From a virus, in IMG/VR virus record IMGVR_UViG_3300036770_003016: DNA of 64,000 nucleotides, one strand, 5' to 3'. The notes below the pieces were generated by a model, which saw only the letters and a program-made list of their open reading frames with translations, did not search any database and had not been told where the DNA came from. The position numbers and the translations under genes are program-made. Shown one piece after another: positions 50,014-59,480 of this stretch (within the stretch, counting starts at the first letter, position 1; each line of letters starts with the position of its first letter).

Positions 50014-52071
50014 TTATGTTACTAATGTAGTAGAAATAGAAGAAGGGTCATTTGGGTCTATGGTTATAATAGTATTTTTATTGGATTCAATTATAGTATT
50101 TCCAGCTCCAACATCTAGTTTTATAAAATTATCTGTAGAGTATGTAGACAAAATATTTAAATTAAATAAATTTATTTCTCCAGTATCATAATCTATAGTA
50201 CCTACTTCTGGGTCAACAATCTGTCTTTCTGTATTTTCATTAAAATATATTAAACGCAAAATGCCAAATTTATTGTTAATTATAGATACAGCAGAAGCAC
50301 CAAATCCACCACCACCACTAATTGTAACTGTGGCCTTTGTATAATTTTCACCAGGACTTGTTATTCTTATAGACTCAATTCTACCATTTACTATTTTGGC
50401 TCTAGCAGTAGCACCACTACCATCACCAGTAATTGTGACTGTTGGTTCTGTTACATAACCTGAACCAGGATTTAAAACAAGAATATTATAGATTCCAGAG
50501 AAAGAATCTAAAACTTCTTCAATCTGAACTGTTCGTCTAATACCAAAACTATCAAATACATCAAACTCATCCGAAATAAGTCTATTTAAAATGTTACCTT
50601 GCAATAAAGATTGATTAAATTGTATTTTATAATTTGTAGAAACATTTAATTGTGGTAAAAATCTTTTTTCTAATCTTAGAACAGAGTCTACACCAATTAT
50701 AGATGGATCAATCTTGTTCATCTCTTCTTGTAGTTTAGATAGAACAAATGTCTTATTAAAATTATTCACATTACTTTCAAAAAAGTTTAACACTAATGTT
50801 CTAACATTGTTTTTAAATGTTTCTGTAGTTAAAAGATTTTTTTGTGGATCATACTTTATTGTATTAAATATTTTAACAAAAACAAATTCAGGATCTCTAA
50901 TTATACTCTCTATAGAAATTACAGATTTTGGTTTAAGTATCTCTTCTACAATTCTTCTTTTTTCGGTTTCAGAAATATAATAATTATCTTTAGTTTTCAA
51001 CGAAATAAATATTTTTCCAAAAATTGGTGGACTTTCTTCATTGCCACCCCAAACAGATACAGCCTCTAAACCTGGATAATTTTGCATCAAATATTTTTCA
51101 TAATCTTTATTTGTTATTAATCTGTTCTGTGAAGCATAATGTAATGGTGCATAAAATTTAATAGAATCAATAGATTCTCTTTCTAGACCACCAGTGGAAG
51201 ATTGAACTACTGTAATTGTCGATCTTATTAACTCATCATTTCTACTATCTCTAACAGAAGTTGCACTTACAACAAAGTCATTTGCTTTATTTGCTAAAGA
51301 AGAATTAGTTGAAAGATAACTGATAGTAACTATATTACCATCTGTTAAAGCTTTACCAAGTGAGCCATTTCCAAAAAAGATTTGATAATTACCTTCTTTG
51401 GATTCTTGTAAAAAATACACAGGAGAATTAGAATCTATGTCTAAAATATCTTCTGCTAAATTATAAACTGTTGTTGTTGGGTTTGTACTAGATTCTGTAA
51501 CATACACTTTGATAGTATCAGTATCAACATTAGAATCTGAAATCGTAAATATTTGTTTTGGATTAGTCTGTATGTTATAAGTATATTGGTAATTTCCAAT
51601 AACGCCTTCATAAATTTTTAAATTTTCAAAAACAAAAGTTCCATCAGCTTTTGTTGCAGTAACATCATCTAACAATAAAAATTCATAAGAAACATCGTCA
51701 ATTTGATTTGAGGAAAAAGAAAAACCTCTAGGTAATGTTAAACTAGATGGTTCGTTATTTGTTGCTTGAAACTCTAAATTTATTACAGCAAAAGATGCTT
51801 TCTTAGATTTTGGAGTATAACCTAAACTCTTTGCATGAGAAACAATTGAATTTCTAAGCAGTGCTGAGTCTAAGAAAGACTCTTTTAATGCCATGTTTAG
51901 ATAGTATGCATTGTAATGTGTATTATATGCTAAAACATCTAAAAGAACATTTAACCCTGAAGCTTCAAAATCGTAATCTTGAAATTCTGATTGTGATTTT
52001 AGATAATTTTTAAGATTTTCCTTTATTGTAGAAAAATCTAATTCTGTTACATTTAAATTAGAATTTGCCAT
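50014..52071 (-). CDS. gp6: Baseplate wedge subunit
   Basis: LDF..IK..LK.YL..Q.EF.DYDFE.S.L..LLD.LAYNTHY, IFFG.G..G, QNR..T..DY, WGG, G.IDY.TG. Confidence 0.96.
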   Translation of the reverse strand: MANSNLNVTELDFSTIKENLKNYLKSQSEFQDYDFEASGLNVLLDVLAYNTHYNAYYLNMALKESFLDSALLRNSIVSHAKSLGYTPKSKKASFAVINLEFQATNNEPSSLTLPRGFSFSSNQIDDVSYEFLLLDDVTATKADGTFVFENLKIYEGVIGNYQYTYNIQTNPKQIFTISDSNVDTDTIKVYVTESSTNPTTTVYNLAEDILDIDSNSPVYFLQESKEGNYQIFFGNGSLGKALTDGNIVTISYLSTNSSLANKANDFVVSATSVRDSRNDELIRSTITVVQSSTGGLERESIDSIKFYAPLHYASQNRLITNKDYEKYLMQNYPGLEAVSVWGGNEESPPIFGKIFISLKTKDNYYISETEKRRIVEEILKPKSVISIESIIRDPEFVFVKIFNTIKYDPQKNLLTTETFKNNVRTLVLNFFESNVNNFNKTFVLSKLQEEMNKIDPSIIGVDSVLRLEKRFLPQLNVSTNYKIQFNQSLLQGNILNRLISDEFDVFDSFGIRRTVQIEEVLDSFSGIYNILVLNPGSGYVTEPTVTITGDGSGATARAKIVNGRIESIRITSPGENYTKATVTISGGGGFGASAVSIINNKFGILRLIYFNENTERQIVDPEVGTIDYDTGEINLFNLNILSTYSTDNFIKLDVGAGNTIIESNKNTIITIDPNDPSSISTTLVT

Positions 52072-52476
52072 CTATCTTGTTCTTTCCAATAAAAAACTTA
52101 TTGAAACTGGTTCTGTTCTGTTGAGTATATTAAAAAGCAATTCTACTTGAAAAGAATTCTCATCAAATTTTGGTGTTACACTTAAATTTATTACTTCAAC
52201 TCTAGGTTCAAAATTTTGAATAGTCTGTGTGATTTCTTTCTCTAAAGCTGCAGCTGTAATAATGTCTAGATTCTCAAACAATAATTTTCTGACATTACTG
52301 CCATATTCTGGCATAAAAGGCTTCTCATAGTGATTTGTCAAAAGTAAATTTTTCAAAGCATTAATAACTGCCATTTCACCAACATGCTTGTTTACATCTT
52401 TTCGTATTGGATGAATAGTGAAATTTAAGTCTAAATCACTATAATTTCTTGTTTTTAGTTGAGTTATTGTTGCCAT
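52072..52476 (-). CDS. gp25: Baseplate wedge subunit / sheath initiator
   Basis: YSDLDL.F..HP, NLLLT..YEKPF.P..GS....LFE, I.NFEPRV. Confidence 0.95.
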   Translation of the reverse strand: MATITQLKTRNYSDLDLNFTIHPIRKDVNKHVGEMAVINALKNLLLTNHYEKPFMPEYGSNVRKLLFENLDIITAAALEKEITQTIQNFEPRVEVINLSVTPKFDENSFQVELLFNILNRTEPVSISFLLERTR

Positions 52477-52483
52477 TTATTAT

Positions 52484-53320
52484 TTATGTGTTTGCTTTTA
52501 GTCTATCTGTACCTATAAAGTCATTAATTAAATTATTCTCAGTTTCACCTAAATCTTTATATCTCTTCATCTCTTCAAATTTTTCTAGAAGTATAGTTGT
52601 GTTGGCATAGAAATTTTCATCATGAGTTCTTCTAGTATTGAATAATGTTGTGATCGAACTGATATCGTTTGCTATATCTTGTATCTCTTCTGTAGTTAAA
52701 GTACTTGCATAATAGGTAATAACATTATCACCATCCATTTCTGTAAACTCTTCAATACTAGTTTCTATTAATTCTGGATAATTATTTATCGTCTGTAACT
52801 TATCTTGCAACTCTTCTTCAATAAAAAGACTAGTAAAAGATCCTATCATTGGAGCATTATTCTGTATTCCGTCTGCCTGGTAAACAATCATCATGACTGT
52901 TTTTGCCATTCCAATTGCAAGATCATAATGTGGTAAATCAGAAGTATTTTCGTTTGGCTCTACAAGACCACTTATTCTATCAGTATGAGCTATAAAATTA
53001 GGCCCTGAAACAGAATATACAGTATTTGCAGCAGTGCTTACACCAACTAAATTCCCAACAGAATTTGCAGGATCATCTGGGTCTGAACAAGCTGCAATTA
53101 TAGATAAACATTTACTTCTTATAGATTCAGTAACTATTTTAACTGGATTTACAAGATAGTTTGTTGTTGCTATGTCATTGTTTTTTAAATCTTCATATTG
53201 CCAATCTTCTAAAAGTGGTGGCAGACTATCTAAACTCTTAATAACTTCTGGTGAAAAGTCACTGACTTCGTTTGCAGAAGGTGTGTAATTGTATCCTAAA
53301 CTATCAAATATACTGGGCAT
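52484..53320 (-). CDS. Hypothetical acidic helical protein in baseplate operon
   Basis: 278-aa ORF with AAGGA SD. Confidence 0.75.
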   Translation of the reverse strand: MPSIFDSLGYNYTPSANEVSDFSPEVIKSLDSLPPLLEDWQYEDLKNNDIATTNYLVNPVKIVTESIRSKCLSIIAACSDPDDPANSVGNLVGVSTAANTVYSVSGPNFIAHTDRISGLVEPNENTSDLPHYDLAIGMAKTVMMIVYQADGIQNNAPMIGSFTSLFIEEELQDKLQTINNYPELIETSIEEFTEMDGDNVITYYASTLTTEEIQDIANDISSITTLFNTRRTHDENFYANTTILLEKFEEMKRYKDLGETENNLINDFIGTDRLKANT

Positions 53321-53329
53321 TTTTATTCC

Positions 53330-54151
53330 TTATACCATACCAACAATTGGTGGTCCTGTTCTTCCTTTTGGAGCTATGTGGAAGTGTCTACTATAAATTT
53401 TAGAGTTTACATTGTCTGTCATCAAACCTGCTCTCATTACTCCAAAATTTCCTAAAGGTGAGTTTACAGAAACACCAGCATTTACTAATCCAACGCATAT
53501 GACATTACCAGGAACAGCTGCAGGTAACCCTATTGCCAATCCACCAAGAACAGATGTGAATCCTAATGGGCCTGCACTAACTCCAGTTCCAGCATCAATT
53601 CTAGTCAAAGAAGTGATCATGTCTGCTGTCATATCTCCCCCAACAGAAAGATCACCAGAAACATAAACATTGTCTCCACTAGTAAGTCGAATAGAACCTA
53701 ATCCAACAGCAGAACCTGCAGCAATAGTTGTATCTTCATTTGATGCAAGAGTTGTTTTCTTGTGTACATAAGTTGACATATCACCAAGAACTTCTAATTT
53801 ATAGTCACCATCTACTTTTTCAATTCTGTCACCACGAACATGAAGTATAGAATCTCCATTAATGGTTATGTTACAATGTCCTTCGATCAATACATTTTTG
53901 TTTTTAATTGTGATTTCATAACCGTCACCATAAACTTTATGTACTTCATCACCATTTGGATGCATTTCGATAAATGTACCAGTTCTATGCTGTAGACGAA
54001 TTCGTTCTCTATTTGGTGTATCATCCATTTCAAATGAATGACCAGACCTAGTTTGTGTACAGTTATTATATGGATACTGTGGTGGTGTTTCGTCGTTTGC
54101 TGGTGACTCTGGTTCTAACCACCCATGATCGTCTGCTGGTCTCTCTGCCAT
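53330..54151 (-). CDS. gp5: Central spike, gp5 C-terminal (beta-helix) portion
   Basis: YPYN...T.SGH..E.DDTP.RERI...H.TGTF.E.HP.G; V.G repeats; C-terminal HFH. Confidence 0.85.
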   Translation of the reverse strand: MAERPADDHGWLEPESPANDETPPQYPYNNCTQTRSGHSFEMDDTPNRERIRLQHRTGTFIEMHPNGDEVHKVYGDGYEITIKNKNVLIEGHCNITINGDSILHVRGDRIEKVDGDYKLEVLGDMSTYVHKKTTLASNEDTTIAAGSAVGLGSIRLTSGDNVYVSGDLSVGGDMTADMITSLTRIDAGTGVSAGPLGFTSVLGGLAIGLPAAVPGNVICVGLVNAGVSVNSPLGNFGVMRAGLMTDNVNSKIYSRHFHIAPKGRTGPPIVGMV

Positions 54152-54155
54152 AATT

Positions 54156-55256
54156 TTAGTGTTGTTTAAATTCGATTACAAAAGTATTGTCTGATAATAC
54201 ATCATCTTTTGATGGTAATGTATTCAGTAAAAATGTTTCTACTTCTTGACCAACTTGATTTACAGCTTCTGGTGATGCTGGGTTTGCCAATGCCTCTACA
54301 ACTTGTCCTGGTATGGCTAATGTTTCTGCTGCCTCTGCCAACAAATCTCTACTTGCCTGTACTATGTTATTGAACTCTGCTTGAAGGGCTGCAATATCTC
54401 CTATTGTACTACCTCCTTCTGGTGGTGTCAATAAGTCTGCAAATCCTTTTGCGAGTGCTGCATATGCCTTATCTAAACATTCTTGTAAAAATCTTCTTGC
54501 TTTTTCTGGCAAACTCAGTATGTAATCAATCAATGCTCTTATTTTCATTGCAAAGAGAATTAGTATTTGAGCTAAATCATTCAACTCACTAATTATACTT
54601 GTTATATATTTTATCTCTCTAGCAATTGCTTTTGCAAATTGAATAACTTTAGAGACTTCGCCATTTGTGTCAGAAAAACCTAATGCTTTCAATGCAGCAC
54701 GAATTGCCTTTCGTATCTCTTCAATAATTATACCAAATTTGGCTCTAACATATGCTACTGCTTTGTTTACTTCTGGTGATATATCACAGACAGACTTTCT
54801 TTCTTGATTTATAGCATTTGTTAAAGTGCCATCCATGACACCTCTTGTAATTCTAACTTGAGTTGGTTCTCCAATAACTCTGTCAACTTGTGATGATCTT
54901 GGTTTAGATGCGGAACCTTCTCTTCGAATTGCTTCTTGATAAACTATACTAGATTGAGAACTTTCAACTCCAGGTAGTACATTTAGAACAACAGGAATTT
55001 GAGCAAACTCACCATCTTGAAAAAATCCAAGAACCCAATCTCCCTCTCTGGGAGTAGCGTATGTATTTGGCGCATTTGTTGATAGTGCTACTTGAGCCCA
55101 AGGTAAAGTGTTTGTTGGAACAAGTTTTTTATCTTCAGAATGAAGACCAATAATCCTGACTCTAACCGAGCCAAGTTTTAATGGATCTAAGACATCTTCT
55201 ACGATGCCAATCCACCAAATAAAAGGTCGTTTTCCGTAAAAATCTTGAGGTATCAT
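54156..55256 (-). CDS. gp5: gp5 N-terminal OB-fold portion with helical extension
   Basis: WWIG.VED..DPL.LG.VRVRI.G.H, LPWA, P.EG.WV.GFF.DG...Q.P. Confidence 0.85.
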   Translation of the reverse strand: MIPQDFYGKRPFIWWIGIVEDVLDPLKLGSVRVRIIGLHSEDKKLVPTNTLPWAQVALSTNAPNTYATPREGDWVLGFFQDGEFAQIPVVLNVLPGVESSQSSIVYQEAIRREGSASKPRSSQVDRVIGEPTQVRITRGVMDGTLTNAINQERKSVCDISPEVNKAVAYVRAKFGIIIEEIRKAIRAALKALGFSDTNGEVSKVIQFAKAIAREIKYITSIISELNDLAQILILFAMKIRALIDYILSLPEKARRFLQECLDKAYAALAKGFADLLTPPEGGSTIGDIAALQAEFNNIVQASRDLLAEAAETLAIPGQVVEALANPASPEAVNQVGQEVETFLLNTLPSKDDVLSDNTFVIEFKQH

Positions 55257-56566
55257 ATTTTACTTGAATCTGTACAAATTTCTAACAATGTTTCGTGTCT
55301 GTTATAACGAATAATATGTCTAACTCCAGTAATTATATATCTACCACTCAATGTATCATCTAAGACTTCTTCTTCCTTGGTTGAAAATTTAGGATAATCT
55401 AGATTCACTAAAAACCCAGGATTATAACCAAAATTACCAGGCATTGTGACTTGCAATCTCTTCTGCATCATATTTGCAAAATAAGATTTTCTTTGAAACA
55501 CATAATTGTGAGTATCATCAATTACAGTAGAGGCTGTTGGATTATTTTCTCTTATGTAAGCAGTCTGAACTCTTGGTAAAGCAAAAGGATATGTAACAAC
55601 TCTTGAATCATACATGTCTCTAAAATCTTTGTTGTCTTTCGTTTTAGAGTCAGTTAGATTATCATATTTATTGCCATGTTTGGCATTAGTCTGCAACTCG
55701 AAAGCATTATTCACTCGACGAATAACTTGTGTTTTAGTAAAAGTGTCAAACCCAACAAATTTTCCAGCATAAGAACCATTTTTAATATTATCGATCATAC
55801 TAAATTGAGATAAAACTTTTACATCTCTGGCACCATAAAATTCATTCTCATTATTCGTAACATCTTTACCTAAGTTTTTAGGAATAACATTTATGTTGAA
55901 CAATGAATCTAAAGACCAAAGAAAAGATACTGGAACAAAATTATATCCAGCCGCAGACTCATAGAAAACATAGTCTGGTATTTTATATTCGTTAGAAATT
56001 GATTTCTTTGTTATCCAATTTATCGCATCAAAAGGAGTTAGATTTGGAATGATAAAATCTTTTTTGGTATCTGTTGGAAAGATTGTACCAATACCAGAAT
56101 TTCCTCTAGAAACAGCTGCATTTGGAACTTTTAAATGATCTGTAAGAATTTTCAATACAGTATTTGAATATGTTCCCGTATAGCTTTGAGAAATCTTTTT
56201 TTGATTAGAATAAATGAAGTCTTCGTTTACAAAATGTAAAATGTAAGTCTGTGTAGTTAAATTTTTGTTGTTTCTATTTGTTACTTTGTAAATCTTAAAT
56301 TTTTTCTCAAAGATAAATCCACTAGGATTATCATCCATTTTTTCTATGTTTATTTTTAGTGTTTCATTTCCACTAATGTCTAATTTTTCAAAAAGATTTA
56401 TTGAGTCTTCAATTAAAATGTTGCCTGATCTACATGGTGTAAAAATATTGTCAAATAAATTTAACTCTACAAATATATTGGTCAAATCAATATTTTGTCC
56501 TGAACTCGTAGACAAAAATAATTCGTTGACTTTAAATTGTATAGATTGCGTTAAAACTGAACTCAT
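55253..56566 (-). CDS. Baseplate hub protein, gp27-like
   Basis: E.N.F..I......G...I.DS..L, IPN..P..AI.W, FYE...G..F, PG....G..V, LSG.Y.I...RH; between gp53 and gp5. Confidence 0.6.
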   Translation of the reverse strand: MSSVLTQSIQFKVNELFLSTSSGQNIDLTNIFVELNLFDNIFTPCRSGNILIEDSINLFEKLDISGNETLKINIEKMDDNPSGFIFEKKFKIYKVTNRNNKNLTTQTYILHFVNEDFIYSNQKKISQSYTGTYSNTVLKILTDHLKVPNAAVSRGNSGIGTIFPTDTKKDFIIPNLTPFDAINWITKKSISNEYKIPDYVFYESAAGYNFVPVSFLWSLDSLFNINVIPKNLGKDVTNNENEFYGARDVKVLSQFSMIDNIKNGSYAGKFVGFDTFTKTQVIRRVNNAFELQTNAKHGNKYDNLTDSKTKDNKDFRDMYDSRVVTYPFALPRVQTAYIRENNPTASTVIDDTHNYVFQRKSYFANMMQKRLQVTMPGNFGYNPGFLVNLDYPKFSTKEEEVLDDTLSGRYIITGVRHIIRYNRHETLLEICTDSSKI

Positions 56567-57234
56567 TGTTGATATAACTCTTTTATTTCATTTTCTAAGA
56601 CAGAAACAAAATCTTGCTTTAATATTTTTATCTCTCTCTTAGATTCGTTCAATTCATATTCGTAATCATAATACGTTTTAATTTCTTTACTATAAGAATA
56701 TGTGAGAAAAGAACCACTATGCAATAAAATTTCACCATTGACACCATTTTGCATATATTCTTCATTACTGTAGTATGTGTTTGCGTCAACAGGAAGTTTA
56801 GTAACAGTTGTTACACCTTCAACAGTCTTTGTAATTACTTTATAGAAAGAATGATAGTTATCAACATTGGCTACTGTATTTTTTGCCCATCTTATACCTT
56901 CACCCTTCTCGTTCGTATTTGCATATTCTGATTGAGAATATTTGTAATCAACATATTCGTTGAATTGATCGTACTGCAAAGGCCAATCGTATTGTGGATC
57001 AACAATGTTATTCATCATTAAAATGATCCAATATCTTTCGGATGAATTATAAAATTTTGCAGCTAAATTATCTGGGGTATCACCATCACGAATATCATAG
57101 GTGTAATATACAGCAGTATTTTCTAAAAATTTATTTTCAATTGACGCAGAAGAACTTAAATTGGTAACATAATTGAAATTAGAATTGTCAGCTACATCAT
57201 AATAAATTTTTGGTAAAAGTTTTAGATATTTCAT
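56563..57234 (-). CDS. gp53: Baseplate wedge protein (LysM-like)
   Basis: Y.I.DG.TP..LA.K.Y......WIIL..N.I.DP..DWP; YE...NE.KR.IK.L. Confidence 0.92.
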   Translation of the reverse strand: MKYLKLLPKIYYDVADNSNFNYVTNLSSSASIENKFLENTAVYYTYDIRDGDTPDNLAAKFYNSSERYWIILMMNNIVDPQYDWPLQYDQFNEYVDYKYSQSEYANTNEKGEGIRWAKNTVANVDNYHSFYKVITKTVEGVTTVTKLPVDANTYYSNEEYMQNGVNGEILLHSGSFLTYSYSKEIKTYYDYEYELNESKREIKILKQDFVSVLENEIKELYQQ

Positions 57235-57240
57235 TTTATT

Positions 57241-58368
57241 TTAAGAAGTAGGAAAATTATAATCATCATATTGTGTTGATTGTGCAGTAAAACGATCTGC
57301 ACCAAAAAATGATTTTGTAACAATGTCTGTTTCTTTAAATTGCAAACTCATTCTAATAGCAACAGGCATACCTGTTCTACCAATACTAGGTTTAGGTTCG
57401 TTTGGAACTTCATAAGCAGTAAAACCATTTGGTGCATAATCTAAATCTATACTCTCCAAGACACATGTTGTTATTCTAGGAATGTTTGGATTTATTTTTC
57501 CGTTGTAATAAAATTGAACATCAAATTCTGATGGTGGAACTAAAAAGAATCCTTTACCTTCAGTTGAAATTTCTGGAGCCTGATGAAATTTTAAACGTGT
57601 AATTATTTTCTGAACTTCTGTTGCTTCCGATTCACTACGAGGATAAAAAACAAAATCAAATCTAAATGTTCTAAAAGAAGGAGTACTGTATATCAATTCT
57701 AATTTTGGATTTTGAACTACACCAAATATTGCTGCAAATCCAGAAGTTAAAAATGCACTACCTTTGGCTACTTCATTTGCAATAAATGGACTTAAGTTTT
57801 TAAATACATCGATTGCTCCTTGTTTAAATTCACTACTTTTTCGTATAGTATCTACAAGAGTTGATGTTGCATCAAGACCTCTTGCAATTGGATCATTACC
57901 AATTTCTAAACCAGAATACCCTTGATTGTGAATATAACTTAGAGTATCTGGCATGTATAGTGCGACAGTATCTCGCACTCTCTCAATCGTTCGTGTGAAA
58001 TTTAAAGTAACATCAGTTGTTGCTTTAGTTATATTTTGAACGGTTTCAGAACTTCCAAATACATTTTCAAATTTAGTTGAGGCTAAATTTGTCAAATCCG
58101 ATAATGATTGACCAGGAGAATATGATCTACCTTCAACTCTATCTTTTATGATCGTTGGTTGATCTCCAGTAGTTTGCCCTTTAAAATTCGTTTTCTTTTG
58201 TTGATTTATATGGAAAACGATATAGTGACCTTTATCAGCAGAACCTAAGTCTTGAGGATATCTGTAAATATCATAACTGTACTGACTTTCTAAAGCCAAT
58301 CCATTAGTTCCAAATCCAGTTCTTTTTGTGTTTTTAAAAGATATATCGGCAAAAGAGAAGAGTGCCAT
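57241..58368 (-). CDS. gp48: Baseplate tail-tube cap (start revised to MALFSF at 58368)
   Basis: YP.DL, LYMP, NP..E..Y..P.FR.F.F.F.F.P.S..E, P.EF...F, C.L....DY.PNG, F.E. Confidence 0.85.
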   Translation of the reverse strand: MALFSFADISFKNTKRTGFGTNGLALESQYSYDIYRYPQDLGSADKGHYIVFHINQQKKTNFKGQTTGDQPTIIKDRVEGRSYSPGQSLSDLTNLASTKFENVFGSSETVQNITKATTDVTLNFTRTIERVRDTVALYMPDTLSYIHNQGYSGLEIGNDPIARGLDATSTLVDTIRKSSEFKQGAIDVFKNLSPFIANEVAKGSAFLTSGFAAIFGVVQNPKLELIYSTPSFRTFRFDFVFYPRSESEATEVQKIITRLKFHQAPEISTEGKGFFLVPPSEFDVQFYYNGKINPNIPRITTCVLESIDLDYAPNGFTAYEVPNEPKPSIGRTGMPVAIRMSLQFKETDIVTKSFFGADRFTAQSTQYDDYNFPTS

Positions 58369-58384
58369 ATTTTTCCTTGAAGAG

Positions 58385-58401
58385 AATAAATAGTATTTAT
58401 A
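58385..58401. promoter_or_regulatory. Overlapping opposed late promoters (ATAAATA-G-TATTTAT palindrome) at the strand switch
   Basis: AATAAATA on + (58385-58392) and TATAAATA on - (58394-58401) in the 32-nt gap between the gp48 and gp4 starts. Confidence 0.8.
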
Positions 58402-58835
58402 TGAGCTACAAAGGAATTTATACACCAAAAAACCCGGCAAAATACAAAGGAGACCCAAATAACATCATATGGAGATCAACTTGGGAAGCAAGGGTTATGA
58501 AATGGTTGGATTTATCTGAAAGTGTACTATGGTGGTCTTCTGAAGAACTACCTATACGCTATTTCAATCCTATTGACAATAAGATCCATAGATACTTTCC
58601 AGATTTTATTGTAAAGATGAGAAAGAAAGATAACTCTGTTAAGACTTATGTGATTGAAGTGAAACCAGAATATCAGACTAAACAACCAGTTAAGAAAAGA
58701 CAAACACAGAAATTCATTAACGAATCAGTAACATACATAATCAATCAGTCTAAATGGAAAGCTGCAACAGAGTTTTGTAAAGATCATGGTTGGGAATTCA
58801 TGATACTTACAGAGAAGGACATAGGTATTACTTGA
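58401..58835 (+). CDS. gp4: Head completion nuclease (start revised to MSYKG at 58401)
   Basis: Y.G...P.NP.KY.GD...I..RS.WE, W.SEE..I.Y, H.YFPDF, EVKP..Q, N..KW.AA. Confidence 0.95.
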   Translation: MSYKGIYTPKNPAKYKGDPNNIIWRSTWEARVMKWLDLSESVLWWSSEELPIRYFNPIDNKIHRYFPDFIVKMRKKDNSVKTYVIEVKPEYQTKQPVKKRQTQKFINESVTYIINQSKWKAATEFCKDHGWEFMILTEKDIGIT

Positions 58836-58901
58836 AAGCGGACACCTGTACTTATAATGCTTTTATTGAGATTTTAACTAAAATAGTAAATAAATAATGA
58901 C

Positions 58902-59480
58902 ATGGCATATCTAATAGAAAAAATTAAACTCTCTCTCGCAAAAGAGGGAATACAATCAAGGACAAATAAATCTAGAGATTGGATTAAAGCTAAATTAAAA
59001 GAGTTGAACCCAAGACAACAATCGGTAACTAGAGATAAGATTCGACTGAGAGATAGAAGTTTGATTGGAGAAATGTACTTTTTTTATTATGAACCAAAAC
59101 TAAAGGATTCGTTGCCATATTACGACAGGTTCCCATTGGTCTTACCAATAGAACGATACTCAGACGGTATACTAGGGTTGAATTTACATTACATTCACCC
59201 AAAGCAACGAATTATCCTTTTAGATAAATTGAGTGAGTTTTTGAACAATAGTAAATATGACGAAAGTACTAAATTTAAAATCAATTACAGTATTTTAAAA
59301 AATGCATCAAGAATATATGAATCGAAACCATGTCTGAAGAGATATCTGTACTCACATATTGAGTCTAGATTTATTCGCATTAGTCCAGATGAGTGGGACA
59401 TCGCAGCTTTGTTACCATTAGAACTTTTTGAAAAACATAAAACAAGTAAAGTATGGTACGATTCCAGAAAGAAATTTTAA
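58902..59480 (+). CDS. gp2: DNA end protector protein
   Basis: G.MYFF.Y.PK.K..LPYYD.FPL, GLNLHY, PC.KRYL..H, W..A..LP. Confidence 0.95.
   Translation: MAYLIEKIKLSLAKEGIQSRTNKSRDWIKAKLKELNPRQQSVTRDKIRLRDRSLIGEMYFFYYEPKLKDSLPYYDRFPLVLPIERYSDGILGLNLHYIHPKQRIILLDKLSEFLNNSKYDESTKFKINYSILKNASRIYESKPCLKRYLYSHIESRFIRISPDEWDIAALLPLELFEKHKTSKVWYDSRKKF

Noticed and set aside
843-56931. Plus-strand ORFs antisense to structural genes (e.g. 1054-1455, 4735-5172, 14957-15514, 33595-33996)
   Set aside because: Antisense to well-supported genes, mostly non-ATG starts, no recognisable motifs
58832-58858. Possible sigma70 promoter (TTGAAA-15 nt-TATAAT) or antisense TATAAGTA between gp4 and gp2
   Set aside because: Spacer too short and such words are common in AT-rich DNA; unsupported without transcript data
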